A DNA stretch of 64,000 bases, taken from the sequence record NC_054916.1; one strand, given 5' to 3'. Below are positions 28,652-38,113 of the stretch, piece after piece (the stretch's first letter is position 1; every line of letters begins with the position of its first letter). Origin of the DNA: Escherichia phage vB_EcoM-G28. The translations under genes were made by a program, and so were the position numbers. The notes beneath the pieces were generated by a model, which was given only the letters and a program-made list of their open reading frames with translations, made no database searches and was not told the DNA's origin.

Positions 28652-28839
28652 TATTCTTCTACATGTTGTTTACGACCTTTCTTATCAATAAAGGTATATT
28701 CAACGAATGTTCCAATGTAGTCTTTATCTACATCGTGTGGACTATTAATTGGACATTTAGTACGGCAAATGCGTTCCCATTGACGAATAATTACTGCTTT
28801 GTTTTTAGGATCAAACGGATGCGGGTAATGTACTTTCAT
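28627..28839 (-). CDS. Hypothetical protein (70 aa)
   Basis: ORF in track. Confidence 0.45.
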   Translation of the reverse strand: MKVHYPHPFDPKNKAVIIRQWERICRTKCPINSPHDVDKDYIGTFVEYTFIDKKGRKQHVEEYCLKVTWL

Positions 28840-29290
28840 AATCCACCACTATTAAATCAATATCAGGAGTAAACATGTCGATTAATTTAGAAACCTTATC
28901 CCAATCGCCGCCAGCAATACCACAACCTATGCGTGGAATGTAAATTACCGGTTTAAACAAAAGGGTTTCTGCCTGTAGATTTAATTCTATCATGCAGTTT
29001 ACTAAAGCACCATAATCAAGATTAGGACCTGGTTCGTATTGCGTATACAAGTTATAACATATGCCAAAACCATTAGGTTTATGTTTAAAAACAATAGACA
29101 TATCGCCTAATTTATCACGAGAACCGTACTCAGTAGTGGTTTTATCTATTTCTAAAATTTTGGGATAGGCTCTTGCTAATTGACCAGCTACACCACTGCC
29201 CATTGTATGAAAACAGTTACACCCATGCGCAATAATATTACCTTCAAGAAAGAGGGCGACAATATCGCCCTTGATATATTTTACAATCAT
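28811..29290 (-). CDS. Macrodomain protein (TARG1/OARD1-like ADP-ribose-binding fold)
   Basis: GDIV...AHGCNCFHTMGSGVAGQL and IPRIGCGIAGGDW motifs align with macrodomain signature segments. Confidence 0.65.
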   Translation of the reverse strand: MIVKYIKGDIVALFLEGNIIAHGCNCFHTMGSGVAGQLARAYPKILEIDKTTTEYGSRDKLGDMSIVFKHKPNGFGICYNLYTQYEPGPNLDYGALVNCMIELNLQAETLLFKPVIYIPRIGCGIAGGDWDKVSKLIDMFTPDIDLIVVDYESTLPASV

Positions 29291-29634
29291 CTAGTACTCA
29301 ATCCTCGATTATAAGAATCTACCAAACGGTCAACCATTGAATGACAAGCGGCTTTATCTTTCTCCTCCGCAACTGAACATTCTAAGGTATTCCACTTTTT
29401 AGCATATCGTTTTAACAATGTATCATTTTTGTATCTGCTTGATTTATCTCTTTCTCCGTCTTTATATGCATATATTAATTTCTGCGCAAATTCAGCTTGA
29501 CATGCTTTATTTTTCCCACAATAATCTGCCGCAGTGCGGTTCACATACTCCCTAATTTCAGTATATGATGTATCTGCTGACGCATAAGCAGAAAATGAAA
29601 TTAATCCTATACATAAAACCAAAATTTTAGTCAT
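29287..29634 (-). CDS. Secreted/periplasmic small protein (115 aa) with signal peptide, vs position
   Basis: N-terminal signal peptide (LVLCIGLISFSAYASA); four cysteines. Confidence 0.5.
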   Translation of the reverse strand: MTKILVLCIGLISFSAYASADTSYTEIREYVNRTAADYCGKNKACQAEFAQKLIYAYKDGERDKSSRYKNDTLLKRYAKKWNTLECSVAEEKDKAACHSMVDRLVDSYNRGLSTR

Positions 29635-30172
29635 TTACTATTTCCAAAAGTTTATTATTTTTAAGGTAATTAGCCTTTTCTAGGACTTCAGAAGCATATT
29701 TAGAACCTGCTTTAACATTCCATCCCGAATTATAAGAGGATATTGCTTTTCTTATATCGCCCTTATGTATATTTAACCAATAAGAAAGTTCAATGTACGC
29801 CCAGGAAGCTGAATTGGATCGTTTATTCAACATTCTTTTTATTTCAGCATCGGTCATATTATAACCAAGTTCCTTAACTCTCGCTCGCATAGTAGGCAAA
29901 TAATTTTGGAACATTCCATAAGCGTGATGCTTTGGTTTAGATTTTAAATTAACTCCGCCAGAGCTTTCTTGCCATAAAATAGCAGCCATTATATGACCTA
30001 ATCCGCTCTTGTGGATATTTTTGTGTGTTTTATATTTTCCATCCTTAGAAAATTGTTCCCCGAATTGATATGCGTAACGCATGTTATCGAGTTGGACATT
30101 ACTGAAAGTATGCTCGGAGCTATGTGCCATCATTGAAATGGCCAATAGACCAGCGAGTAGTGCTTTTCTCAT
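29627..30172 (-). CDS. Soluble lytic transglycosylase-like protein with signal peptide
   Basis: Signal peptide then ILWQESSGG catalytic-Glu motif typical of SLT domains. Confidence 0.6.
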   Translation of the reverse strand: MRKALLAGLLAISMMAHSSEHTFSNVQLDNMRYAYQFGEQFSKDGKYKTHKNIHKSGLGHIMAAILWQESSGGVNLKSKPKHHAYGMFQNYLPTMRARVKELGYNMTDAEIKRMLNKRSNSASWAYIELSYWLNIHKGDIRKAISSYNSGWNVKAGSKYASEVLEKANYLKNNKLLEIVND

Positions 30173-30179
30173 GCTTACC

Positions 30180-30641
30180 TCATTGAGTTTTAATTACTGC
30201 TTTAGAAGCCTTTCCTGGTAAACGACGACTGTTAATAATTGCCATCCTGCACTGAAGCGACGGGTCTTTGAACTTCGCATTAGGTTTACAAACTGTAAAT
30301 CCAAGCCAAAGATTTCCATCTGTGATTTCTAAACGTCCAGGACGGTATTCAACCCCATCAATAAAATCCTCGTCAATGTCAGGACGCGGAGGCATACTCA
30401 GGAATTCATTAACTTCTAAAACATGGTCTTTTATTTTGTGGAATAATTCAAAAACATATGTCTCATCAATCTCCCGTTGAATTGCACGATCAAGAAGATG
30501 CTGAGAATATTTTAGATGAAACGATGAGACTCCTGCTGCTTTTGATGCCTCACGAATCTCATTGTTAATTTGACGAAACTCCGACTCAAAGTGACGACGG
30601 AGCTTATTTCGACGGATAAAAACTTCTGTGTTGATAGTCAT
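30180..30641 (-). CDS. regB: RegB-like site-specific endoribonuclease
   Basis: 153 aa, same size and position as T4 RegB; sequence not independently verified. Confidence 0.65.
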   Translation of the reverse strand: MTINTEVFIRRNKLRRHFESEFRQINNEIREASKAAGVSSFHLKYSQHLLDRAIQREIDETYVFELFHKIKDHVLEVNEFLSMPPRPDIDEDFIDGVEYRPGRLEITDGNLWLGFTVCKPNAKFKDPSLQCRMAIINSRRLPGKASKAVIKTQ

Positions 30642-30668
30642 GTTATTCTCCTCTTAACTGATAGAAAA

Positions 30669-30698
30669 ATTATACCACAGTCAAGAGGAAAAGTAAAC
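30669..30698 (-). promoter_or_regulatory. Early promoter (GTTTAC, 18-nt spacer, TATAAT) for regB
   Basis: Conserved early-promoter repeat. Confidence 0.6.
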
Positions 30699-30700
30699 AG

Positions 30701-30979
30701 TTATTCTTTAAATCTGATCAATTTATTCATAGACTTTGAAACTTCTGCACGAACCTCATGTAAGTTTTTAAGCTGTTCAAGACGCTGTTCATAGTAAGCA
30801 ATTTCATCTTCTTCGAGACAGTCCTGTGAATCTTCTTTAAGATAGCGTGCATAGTCCTGGAAAGCTTTACGGACTACTTCCTGGAAGTCATCAAGACTTT
30901 GAATTTTCTTAGGAGCGGCAGATACACGACGAGGGGCAGTATAATACTCATAACCAAACCCTGCACTTAATTGAGCCAT
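30701..30979 (-). CDS. Hypothetical protein (about 92 aa), vs.3 position
   Basis: ORF trimmed to internal ATG overlapping the upstream stop. Confidence 0.45.
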   Translation of the reverse strand: MAQLSAGFGYEYYTAPRRVSAAPKKIQSLDDFQEVVRKAFQDYARYLKEDSQDCLEEDEIAYYEQRLEQLKNLHEVRAEVSKSMNKLIRFKE

Positions 30980-31245
30980 TAGTATTTTTCCTCTGGTTGG
31001 AACACAGCACGGCAAGCCCACATACTTGCTTCTTTGAGTTTCGTTTTAGCAATAGTTAACTGATCGAGGCTTTCGGCGTAATTCTTCGCGAGTTCATCAT
31101 CTTCACAGCTATCAAATGCTTCCCAGAATTCATCGTATAAAGCGTCAAAGATAAGTCCCAAACGAACTTCAGCGTCTTTGATAGCATTCACTTTACCGAT
31201 TTTCTCTTCAGTATGCGGCTTATAACCCTTAATATCTTCAATCAT
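30979..31245 (-). CDS. Small helical protein (about 88 aa) at the vs.4 position; candidate Acb2-like cyclic-nucleotide sponge
   Basis: Position (second gene after regB) and size only; ATG with GAGGA SD. Confidence 0.35.
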   Translation of the reverse strand: MIEDIKGYKPHTEEKIGKVNAIKDAEVRLGLIFDALYDEFWEAFDSCEDDELAKNYAESLDQLTIAKTKLKEASMWACRAVFQPEEKY

Positions 31246-31459
31246 ATTTAACTTCCTCACCAGTACATAAATCGTATTCAACTAAACGAATAGGTTCATG
31301 AATGCCATATCCCTGAACAGAAATTTCTGTCGTAGGATAAATTCCATCAATATCACCCATATTCCAGGCTTCATTAAATTGCTGTTCGCCTGAATTACTA
31401 AACCACTCGGCGAAAGCATTTAGTACATCTTTAGAACCTTCAATAATTATCTTTGCCAT
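31238..31459 (-). CDS. Hypothetical protein (73 aa)
   Basis: ORF in track. Confidence 0.45.
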   Translation of the reverse strand: MAKIIIEGSKDVLNAFAEWFSNSGEQQFNEAWNMGDIDGIYPTTEISVQGYGIHEPIRLVEYDLCTGEEVKYD

Positions 31460-31821
31460 TATAAGCTCTCAGTAAAGGTACGAGCGATAACGTCGCGCTG
31501 CTGTTCCGGAGTCAGAGAGTTAAAGCGAACTGCATAACCTGATACACGGATGGTCAGCTGCGGATATTTTTCCGGATGCTTAACTGCATCTTCCAGGGTT
31601 TCACGACGCAGAACGTTAACGTTCAGGTGTTGACCACCTTCAATTTTAACTGTAGGCTGTGTTTCAATTTCAATTTCACGGGCGTGCAATCCATAGAAAA
31701 TTTCCGGGTCTACAAAAGAGTCCTCTTTAAAGGTTTTAGAGACAATAATTCGTGCTTGAATACCATCTTCAAAATAAATAGTACCTTTATGTGTGCCTTC
31801 AAGAATTTGATATGCTTTCAT
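31459..31821 (-). CDS. Autonomous glycyl-radical cofactor (GrcA/YfiD-like)
   Basis: C-terminal about 60 aa ([56 protein letters not shown]) carries the RVSGY glycyl-radical motif and matches E. coli GrcA as I recall it. Confidence 0.8.
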   Translation of the reverse strand: MKAYQILEGTHKGTIYFEDGIQARIIVSKTFKEDSFVDPEIFYGLHAREIEIETQPTVKIEGGQHLNVNVLRRETLEDAVKHPEKYPQLTIRVSGYAVRFNSLTPEQQRDVIARTFTESL

Positions 31822-31828
31822 ATAAACC

Positions 31829-32161
31829 TCAATTAGAAAATAAATTTATCCAAGATTGTTCTTTAATTAAAAATGGCTCAGAATCATATGCCATTAAACT
31901 TTGGGTGATTAGTCCTTTAAAAGGTCCATCAATAAATTCCATGGTAAAATATGGAATTTTATTCATTAGCCGTGCATTAGGAGCAGTACATAAAACTCTG
32001 CATCCTTTGAATACACCCTTTTGTAATTTGTATTGCTTGGGATAAAATTCGCTCAAAATGTTATTATTTGCTAAAATTTCAAAATGATTCACCAATTTAT
32101 TTTTAATAGTTTTTGGCGAAAAATAGAGATATTCGAAAAGCTGTGTGTCTGTCATCATTGC
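31829..32161 (-). CDS. Hypothetical protein (about 110 aa from MMTDTQ)
   Basis: ORF trimmed to ATG overlapping the upstream double stop. Confidence 0.45.
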   Translation of the reverse strand, partial: AMMTDTQLFEYLYFSPKTIKNKLVNHFEILANNNILSEFYPKQYKLQKGVFKGCRVLCTAPNARLMNKIPYFTMEFIDGPFKGLITQSLMAYDSEPFLIKEQSWINLFSN

Positions 32162-32694
32162 ATTCCGATTACGAAAAACTGTGGACGAGTAATACCACCA
32201 ATACAACATTTAATATTACAGCAGCAGTGTACAGTGTCAATATGGACACTATAAATCTTATCCATATCAGGAGATTTGACAGGCTCATCAATTATATACA
32301 AAATTCGCGAAAGCGATAAACCTCTGAACTTACTTCCTTTATTACCAATAAAACTGCGTACAGAATCAGTAAATAAACGAAAACGTATATCATCATTAGA
32401 ATAACGCGAAAATTCCTTTTTGATGTTATTTGCAGAAATTTTAGCATAAGCTGAAGTATTAGAAAGAACAATAACTGTTCCGCCATCATACAACCAATTA
32501 GCAGCGAAGTTAGTCACAGCAATTGATTTACCGGATTGACGTCCACCATCTAGTCGAAGTGTGCAATACTGTTTAAGTAAGTCTTCAAATGGCGGGATAT
32601 ATTCGTTTTTACAAATTTCTTCTACTCTAGCATCAGAATGGTGTGTAAAAGCATTCATCAGGGATAGATAAGGACCAGTTAAAAATGTTCTCAT
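32155..32694 (-). CDS. Small P-loop NTPase with C-terminal cysteine cluster (about 179 aa from MRTF)
   Basis: Walker A GGRQSGKS, Walker B-like LYIIDEP, C-terminal HCCCNIKCC. Confidence 0.55.
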   Translation of the reverse strand: MRTFLTGPYLSLMNAFTHHSDARVEEICKNEYIPPFEDLLKQYCTLRLDGGRQSGKSIAVTNFAANWLYDGGTVIVLSNTSAYAKISANNIKKEFSRYSNDDIRFRLFTDSVRSFIGNKGSKFRGLSLSRILYIIDEPVKSPDMDKIYSVHIDTVHCCCNIKCCIGGITRPQFFVIGMQ

Positions 32695-32835
32695 TTTGTT
32701 CTCTCTAGGTTTGGGCCATTCCATGGCGCATGAATTGTCCATTTCTGTATTTACCCATTACCGCACTTGGGCTCGACCTTATTACAGGTTGGCGGGAATC
32801 CCTTATAGAATCATAAGGTCCAGGTTGTTCCCATA

Positions 32836-33309
32836 TTATTTGAACGATTTAACGTACTGAATAGAACCTTTACTATTTACAAAGGCAATTTTACCATTTT
32901 TATTATACATGGTAGCAGTACGTTGATAGCCATAAGTTTGTTTACCAGATTGATAACCAACTAATGCGAAATTATCTTCACCCATTTTATTCTGTTTAGC
33001 GCGAATGCGTTCATGACCATGTGCCATAAGAACCTTAGCATCACCAGTTGCAATGGATCGACGAGTTTTTTCATCTTCAACTGTATTAACAAAGTCGTCA
33101 AATGAATCAAATTTAGCATGAGATTTATTATACAATTTTCCATCTACTGCATAATTATATCCCTGTACATCCATCTCAACTTCTGTACCATCATCCAATA
33201 CAGCAGTGATTTTTTGACCTTTTTTAAATTTCAAAAGATCAGTAAAAGATTCAGCAATAATTTGAGAATTAATAGCTGCTTCAGTGATAAATTCTTGATA
33301 TGTTTTCAT
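32836..33309 (-). CDS. Internal (capsid-packaged) protein with capsid targeting sequence
   Basis: N-terminus MKTYQEFITEA matches the T4 internal-protein capsid targeting sequence; ipII/ipIII position next to e. Confidence 0.7.
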   Translation of the reverse strand: MKTYQEFITEAAINSQIIAESFTDLLKFKKGQKITAVLDDGTEVEMDVQGYNYAVDGKLYNKSHAKFDSFDDFVNTVEDEKTRRSIATGDAKVLMAHGHERIRAKQNKMGEDNFALVGYQSGKQTYGYQRTATMYNKNGKIAFVNSKGSIQYVKSFK

Positions 33310-33362
33310 ATATTTCCTTTAAATATTTTAATTAGCAATTTGTCTCTTCAAGCAACTGTGAA

Positions 33363-33393
33363 TATACTATCACAATTCTAGGAGAAAGTAAAC
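33363..33393 (-). promoter_or_regulatory. Early promoter (GTTTAC, 18-nt spacer, TAGTAT) for the internal protein gene
   Basis: Conserved early-promoter repeat. Confidence 0.55.
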
Positions 33394-33397
33394 AACT

Positions 33398-34366
<969 letters not shown>

Positions 34367-34385
<19 letters not shown>

Positions 34386-34855
34386 TCAGTGATAAAGTTA
34401 TTTAAATTTTGAGTATATTTCTTTTCATCAAAAATCTTTTGTTGTCTGCGTAAACGCCATGGCATTTCAATGAACATACGCCATATTCCTGATAATACTG
34501 CTGCTGTAAAAATATTAACAAGTATAGTTAAAAGAACCCAATCTCCTATTCTGTCCATTGGATTTTTTATAAAAAAGTAAAATACGAACGATGATATAGG
34601 AAGACTAATGATATACCACAGAAGAACCTTCTTATCTGTGAACCAATCAGCATTCGTTAACTTAGCGCGACCGTTTTGAATACATACGAACTTATCATCT
34701 GTTACAGTAAATGGCTTAGCTGCTTGATATCCCATTCTAAACTCCCTAATCAACAAATTTTTCATATCTTCGGAACAACCATTCCAGTCAACTCTATCAA
34801 CTGAAATGCCATCATCCCCATCATCTAAATCATACCAGCGAGTTTTTAAAATCAT
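34367..34855 (-). CDS. Membrane protein (162 aa), two predicted TM helices
   Basis: Hydrophobic core; C-terminal NNFITECRKLK. Confidence 0.55.
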
Positions 34856-35214
34856 TTAATTTTCCTACAATCACTCACAAACTCTTTCATTGATTCATTT
34901 TCAATATAAGACATGTAGCTATTATATTCTTTTAATTGTATTTTGTAATCCTTTTTTCTTTGCCAATTTATTTTAAAATTATCATAATAAAAATATAACA
35001 TGGTACCAAAGAATGAAAATAATGAAATAATTTTAGTATAGTGAAGTTCACTCCAAACTTCTATTATATTTACTGTGCCGTCGATGTTTAAAATAATACA
35101 GTCAATTAACAATCCAAAAAGACTACCCGCAAGAGCTGCAGCCAACGCCACAGCAAAAATTAAAAATGACTCAGGAAGCGAATATTTGACTTTATTTAGT
35201 TTTGGCTTTTGCAT
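34852..35214 (-). CDS. Membrane protein (120 aa)
   Basis: Hydrophobic core; C-terminal KEFVSDCRKIK. Confidence 0.55.
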   Translation of the reverse strand: MQKPKLNKVKYSLPESFLIFAVALAAALAGSLFGLLIDCIILNIDGTVNIIEVWSELHYTKIISLFSFFGTMLYFYYDNFKINWQRKKDYKIQLKEYNSYMSYIENESMKEFVSDCRKIK

Positions 35215-35588
35215 CGTGATTCCTTAACAAATTTCATAATTTCATCAAATTCATGCGCAGCAAGTTTAAGCTGATGTTCCTTTTTAATCTTTTTACACTG
35301 AGCTTTCCAATCACATACACGTTTACGATAGTGTCTTCCTTGATACCAGTATCCTATCCAATTTATAGGTACTAATAAAAGCGGAACTACCAATGGAAGA
35401 ATTAGTGTTGCTCCAAATATTGCACCAGATTCAATATCAGTCATAACGTCTATAACTATTCCAGCAATCAGCAGAATCACAAATGATACGGCTACCACAG
35501 GACCTATTAACACATCAGTAGAAATTATCTGACGCTTTAGTTCATACTTCAAAGGTTTACTTGGAAGGTATAGTGATGGCTTTGACAT
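35196..35588 (-). CDS. Membrane protein (about 130 aa)
   Basis: Hydrophobic core; C-terminal MKFVKESRCKSQN. Confidence 0.55.
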   Translation of the reverse strand: MSKPSLYLPSKPLKYELKRQIISTDVLIGPVVAVSFVILLIAGIVIDVMTDIESGAIFGATLILPLVVPLLLVPINWIGYWYQGRHYRKRVCDWKAQCKKIKKEHQLKLAAHEFDEIMKFVKESRCKSQN

Positions 35589-36165
35589 ATTCTCTACATT
35601 CCTTAACAAATTTTTCTAGTAATAAATCGCTTTCAAAACTAGGATTTTCCACGAATTTATCAAAAAGATCATCAACAATATTCAAGATATTCCTTTTACT
35701 AAGAATACGTTTATTTTCATGCTTCGTTTCAGAATCAACTATAAGAGTAAAGAAATATTTCTTTCCCTGAAATTTTACCGTAGTATCAATATAAAATAAA
35801 TTTGACTTTTGTAAGTTACGTTTAAACCATGCGTCACTTAAACTATAAACACCGAGATAATCAAAATCGTCGTTTAAATAACAAACTGTCCATTCAGGAG
35901 AAATGAAATCAGTAAATTCAACATCAAAATCACACGTCAGTGAATGAATTGATTCAATACTGTTAATAAGTATTCCAGGACGTATTAAAGACTTTTTACC
36001 TCTAGAAAATCTTCCAGAAAGACTTTCATCAGTTTCATATGAAGAACCCCAATAATAATTACGTCCTTCTGCCATACGTTTAAGAGCATTTAGTAATTGG
36101 TCTGGAACATCAACTTGTCTTTGGAACTCTTCAAACATTGAATTGAAATCATTTTGCATTCTCAT
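35557..36165 (-). CDS. Hypothetical protein (202 aa)
   Basis: ORF in track; C-terminal EKFVKECREYVKAI. Confidence 0.55.
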   Translation of the reverse strand: MRMQNDFNSMFEEFQRQVDVPDQLLNALKRMAEGRNYYWGSSYETDESLSGRFSRGKKSLIRPGILINSIESIHSLTCDFDVEFTDFISPEWTVCYLNDDFDYLGVYSLSDAWFKRNLQKSNLFYIDTTVKFQGKKYFFTLIVDSETKHENKRILSKRNILNIVDDLFDKFVENPSFESDLLLEKFVKECREYVKAITIPSK

Positions 36166-36186
36166 TTCTATTTACTCCAAGTAATA

Positions 36187-36200
36187 GGGGCCGAAGCCCC
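36187..36200. terminator. Stem-loop GGGGC-CGAA-GCCCC
   Basis: Perfect inverted repeat with CGAA tetraloop. Confidence 0.45.
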
Positions 36201-36206
36201 TTATCA

Positions 36207-36800
36207 TTATTTAAGAGAATTAATGTATTCCTGAACATCGGCAGAGGTAGTTTCAACCCCAGAAATATTACCATTAAAGGTTTCAACTCGAGCAAGAGTA
36301 TCTTCAATATCAACCTTAGTCAGTGCTGCAATTTCAACTACATCATCAGCAGTACTAATTCCAAGGGCATTTGCTGCACGAGTTTCACGGATATATTCCA
36401 ATTTAACCGCAAGTTCTTGGCGTGCATCATCTAACTCAACTACTTTCTTGGCGATTTCAATTCGCATTTCAGCATAACCATCAGCTTTAGTAGTCAACTG
36501 CTCAGCTGTTCGACGATATAGCAAGCCGAGTTTAGCATGCATTGTTACATCTTGACCTTCGGAAAGAAGCTTGCGAATTTCACGCTCTTTTGATTCGGCC
36601 TGCTTATTCTTTTCGACAATAAGTTCACGAATACGCTTTTCTTCATTAATAGATTTAACAGAAGCAGTTTTTAGGTCTTTAATTTTATCAAGCAGTTTTG
36701 CTGCTGCGGCAGTATACTGTTCTTCAACAGATAGATTTTTAGCCATAGCAGAACCAAGTTTAGTGCGAATAAACTCAACAATTTTCTTCAGTGTGTTCAT
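36207..36800 (-). CDS. Long coiled-coil protein (197 aa), possibly PspA/IM30-like
   Basis: Heptad-rich charged sequence throughout; family assignment tentative. Confidence 0.5.
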
Positions 36801-36843
36801 AGTAGTTCCTTAGGTTGATTAAGATTTAAAATCCATGAGAGTA

Positions 36844-37020
36844 TTATACTCCGGATAGTTTGTAAACTATTTCAACATCGCCTTTTGCTGCTTTATAACC
36901 TTCAGCCCAAGATACAACCGAGTTTTTATCCGAAGATTCAAATTCTGGCATTGGGCTTTCGCCAATGTTCACGCAGTATGTTTCTTCATTTTCGTCGAAC
37001 CAAATAATTAAAGTAGTCAT
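36844..37020 (-). CDS. Small acidic protein (58 aa), not in ORF track
   Basis: ATG at 37018-37020 with GGAG SD; translation MTTLIIWFDENEETYCVNIGESPMPEFESSDK... Confidence 0.5.
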   Translation of the reverse strand: MTTLIIWFDENEETYCVNIGESPMPEFESSDKNSVVSWAEGYKAAKGDVEIVYKLSGV

Positions 37021-37088
37021 TTATTTCTCCGTTTCTGTGTTTATTTTGATAAGTCTATAATAACACCGTCCTTAGTGTTTGTACACAA

Positions 37089-37352
37089 TTATTTCATATT
37101 ATTGAAATGTTCTTCTGCAATTTCGTCGTTATCATGGTAAACTTTAGAAGACAGTTTAACATAACTTTCAGCAGTGAACATGTTAATCACAACTTTTACA
37201 GTATACCACTGACCGTCTTCATTACCCATTACCGCATAGGTTTCAAACATCGGATGATCAGGACCGATAACTTTAATATCATTCACTGTACGACCGAAAT
37301 CTTCTGAAACGCATTTCATAAAGAAGTTGAACAGTTCGCCGTAATTATCCAT
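37089..37352 (-). CDS. Hypothetical protein (about 87 aa from MDNYGELF)
   Basis: Track start is TTG; ATG at 37350-37352 has GGAGAA SD. Confidence 0.55.
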   Translation of the reverse strand: MDNYGELFNFFMKCVSEDFGRTVNDIKVIGPDHPMFETYAVMGNEDGQWYTVKVVINMFTAESYVKLSSKVYHDNDEIAEEHFNNMK

Positions 37353-37394
37353 TTCATTCTCCAAATTGTTTTCTGTATCAGTAGTTGATAGTTG

Positions 37395-37424
37395 TATAGT
37401 ACCATGGAAGAACGGGGATGTAAA
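37395..37424 (-). promoter_or_regulatory. Early promoter (GTTTAC, 18-nt spacer, TACTAT)
   Basis: Conserved early-promoter repeat. Confidence 0.6.
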
Positions 37425-37554
37425 CCGTTTTGTGAAAAAATTTTAAAAATTTTTAGGGAATTCTAGGGCGGGGAGGGGCAATTAAAAGATAGGATAATAT
37501 ATTATAAAGGGTAGAAACTAAATGATGCCTAGAGAGGCCCAGAAAGGCCTAGAT

Positions 37555-37585
37555 ACCAAAAAGCCCCAACCTTTTGGTCGGGGTT
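37555..37585 (-). terminator. Rho-independent terminator (CCCCGACC-AAAA-GGTTGGGG then CUUUUU on minus strand)
   Basis: Hairpin is perfect only on the minus-strand RNA (G-U pair); a second hairpin AGGCC...GGCCT lies just 3'. Confidence 0.6.
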
Positions 37586-37592
37586 AAGAATG

Positions 37593-37862
37593 TTATTTGA
37601 TTTGTTTAGCAGACCAAATGCGGTCTTTAATAATTTTTTGGATGTCTTCAACATACTCAAGAGAGTGAACATGTGGATTATCTTTGAAACTATAGGCACG
37701 GGCTAACTTTTGGCCTTCGGTTTTGATTACTAAAAGCTCTTTAAGGATAGCTTCATACTTAGCGATAATTCCTTTAACAATATTTTTTTTCTTGTGTAGC
37801 TTTAGGATCTGCTTTAGGAGCAGGTTTACCCGAAGCCTTTGCAAAAGCAGCGCCAGTAGCAA
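37593..37862 (-). CDS. ORF with no ATG start (TTG in track); possibly the frameshifted 3' part of the upstream internal-protein gene
   Basis: No in-frame ATG; overlaps 37774-38067 across an A8 run; followed by a terminator. Confidence 0.3.
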   Translation of the reverse strand: MLLALLLQRLRVNLLLKQILKLHKKKNIVKGIIAKYEAILKELLVIKTEGQKLARAYSFKDNPHVHSLEYVEDIQKIIKDRIWSAKQIK

Positions 37863-38067
37863 CTAGACTTTTCCAGGCCATACTAACCGCATTTCCCGTA
37901 AATCCTTCTGCTTTCATGTCGCGAGCAAATTGGAATCGTGATTCGTCAGAAGCATCTTTATAGGAATATTTACCCGCTGCAATGGCTGCTTTTGCAACAG
38001 CTTGAATTTCGGTGCTAGATGCTTCATTTAACACCGCTTCATTTAAAAATTGAGCATATGATTTCAT
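37774..38067 (-). CDS. Internal-protein-like gene with capsid targeting sequence (97 aa)
   Basis: N-terminus MKSYAQFLNEA with LNE-A protease site; AGGA SD; late promoter upstream. Confidence 0.6.
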   Translation of the reverse strand: MKSYAQFLNEAVLNEASSTEIQAVAKAAIAAGKYSYKDASDESRFQFARDMKAEGFTGNAVSMAWKSLVATGAAFAKASGKPAPKADPKATQEKKYC

Positions 38068-38103
38068 CTTATTTCCTGTTTTAATTCGTAGATTTAATAT
38101 ACT

Positions 38104-38111
38104 TATTTATA
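38104..38111 (-). promoter_or_regulatory. Late promoter TATAAATA (minus strand)
   Basis: Exact octamer about 36 nt upstream of the 38067 ATG. Confidence 0.5.
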
Positions 38112-38113
38112 CT

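Noticed and set aside
31459-31821. N-terminus [10 protein letters not shown] of the GrcA-like protein as a capsid targeting sequence
   Set aside because: Only a loose resemblance to MKTYQEFIAEA, and the rest of the protein is a glycyl-radical cofactor, so it is not called an internal protein
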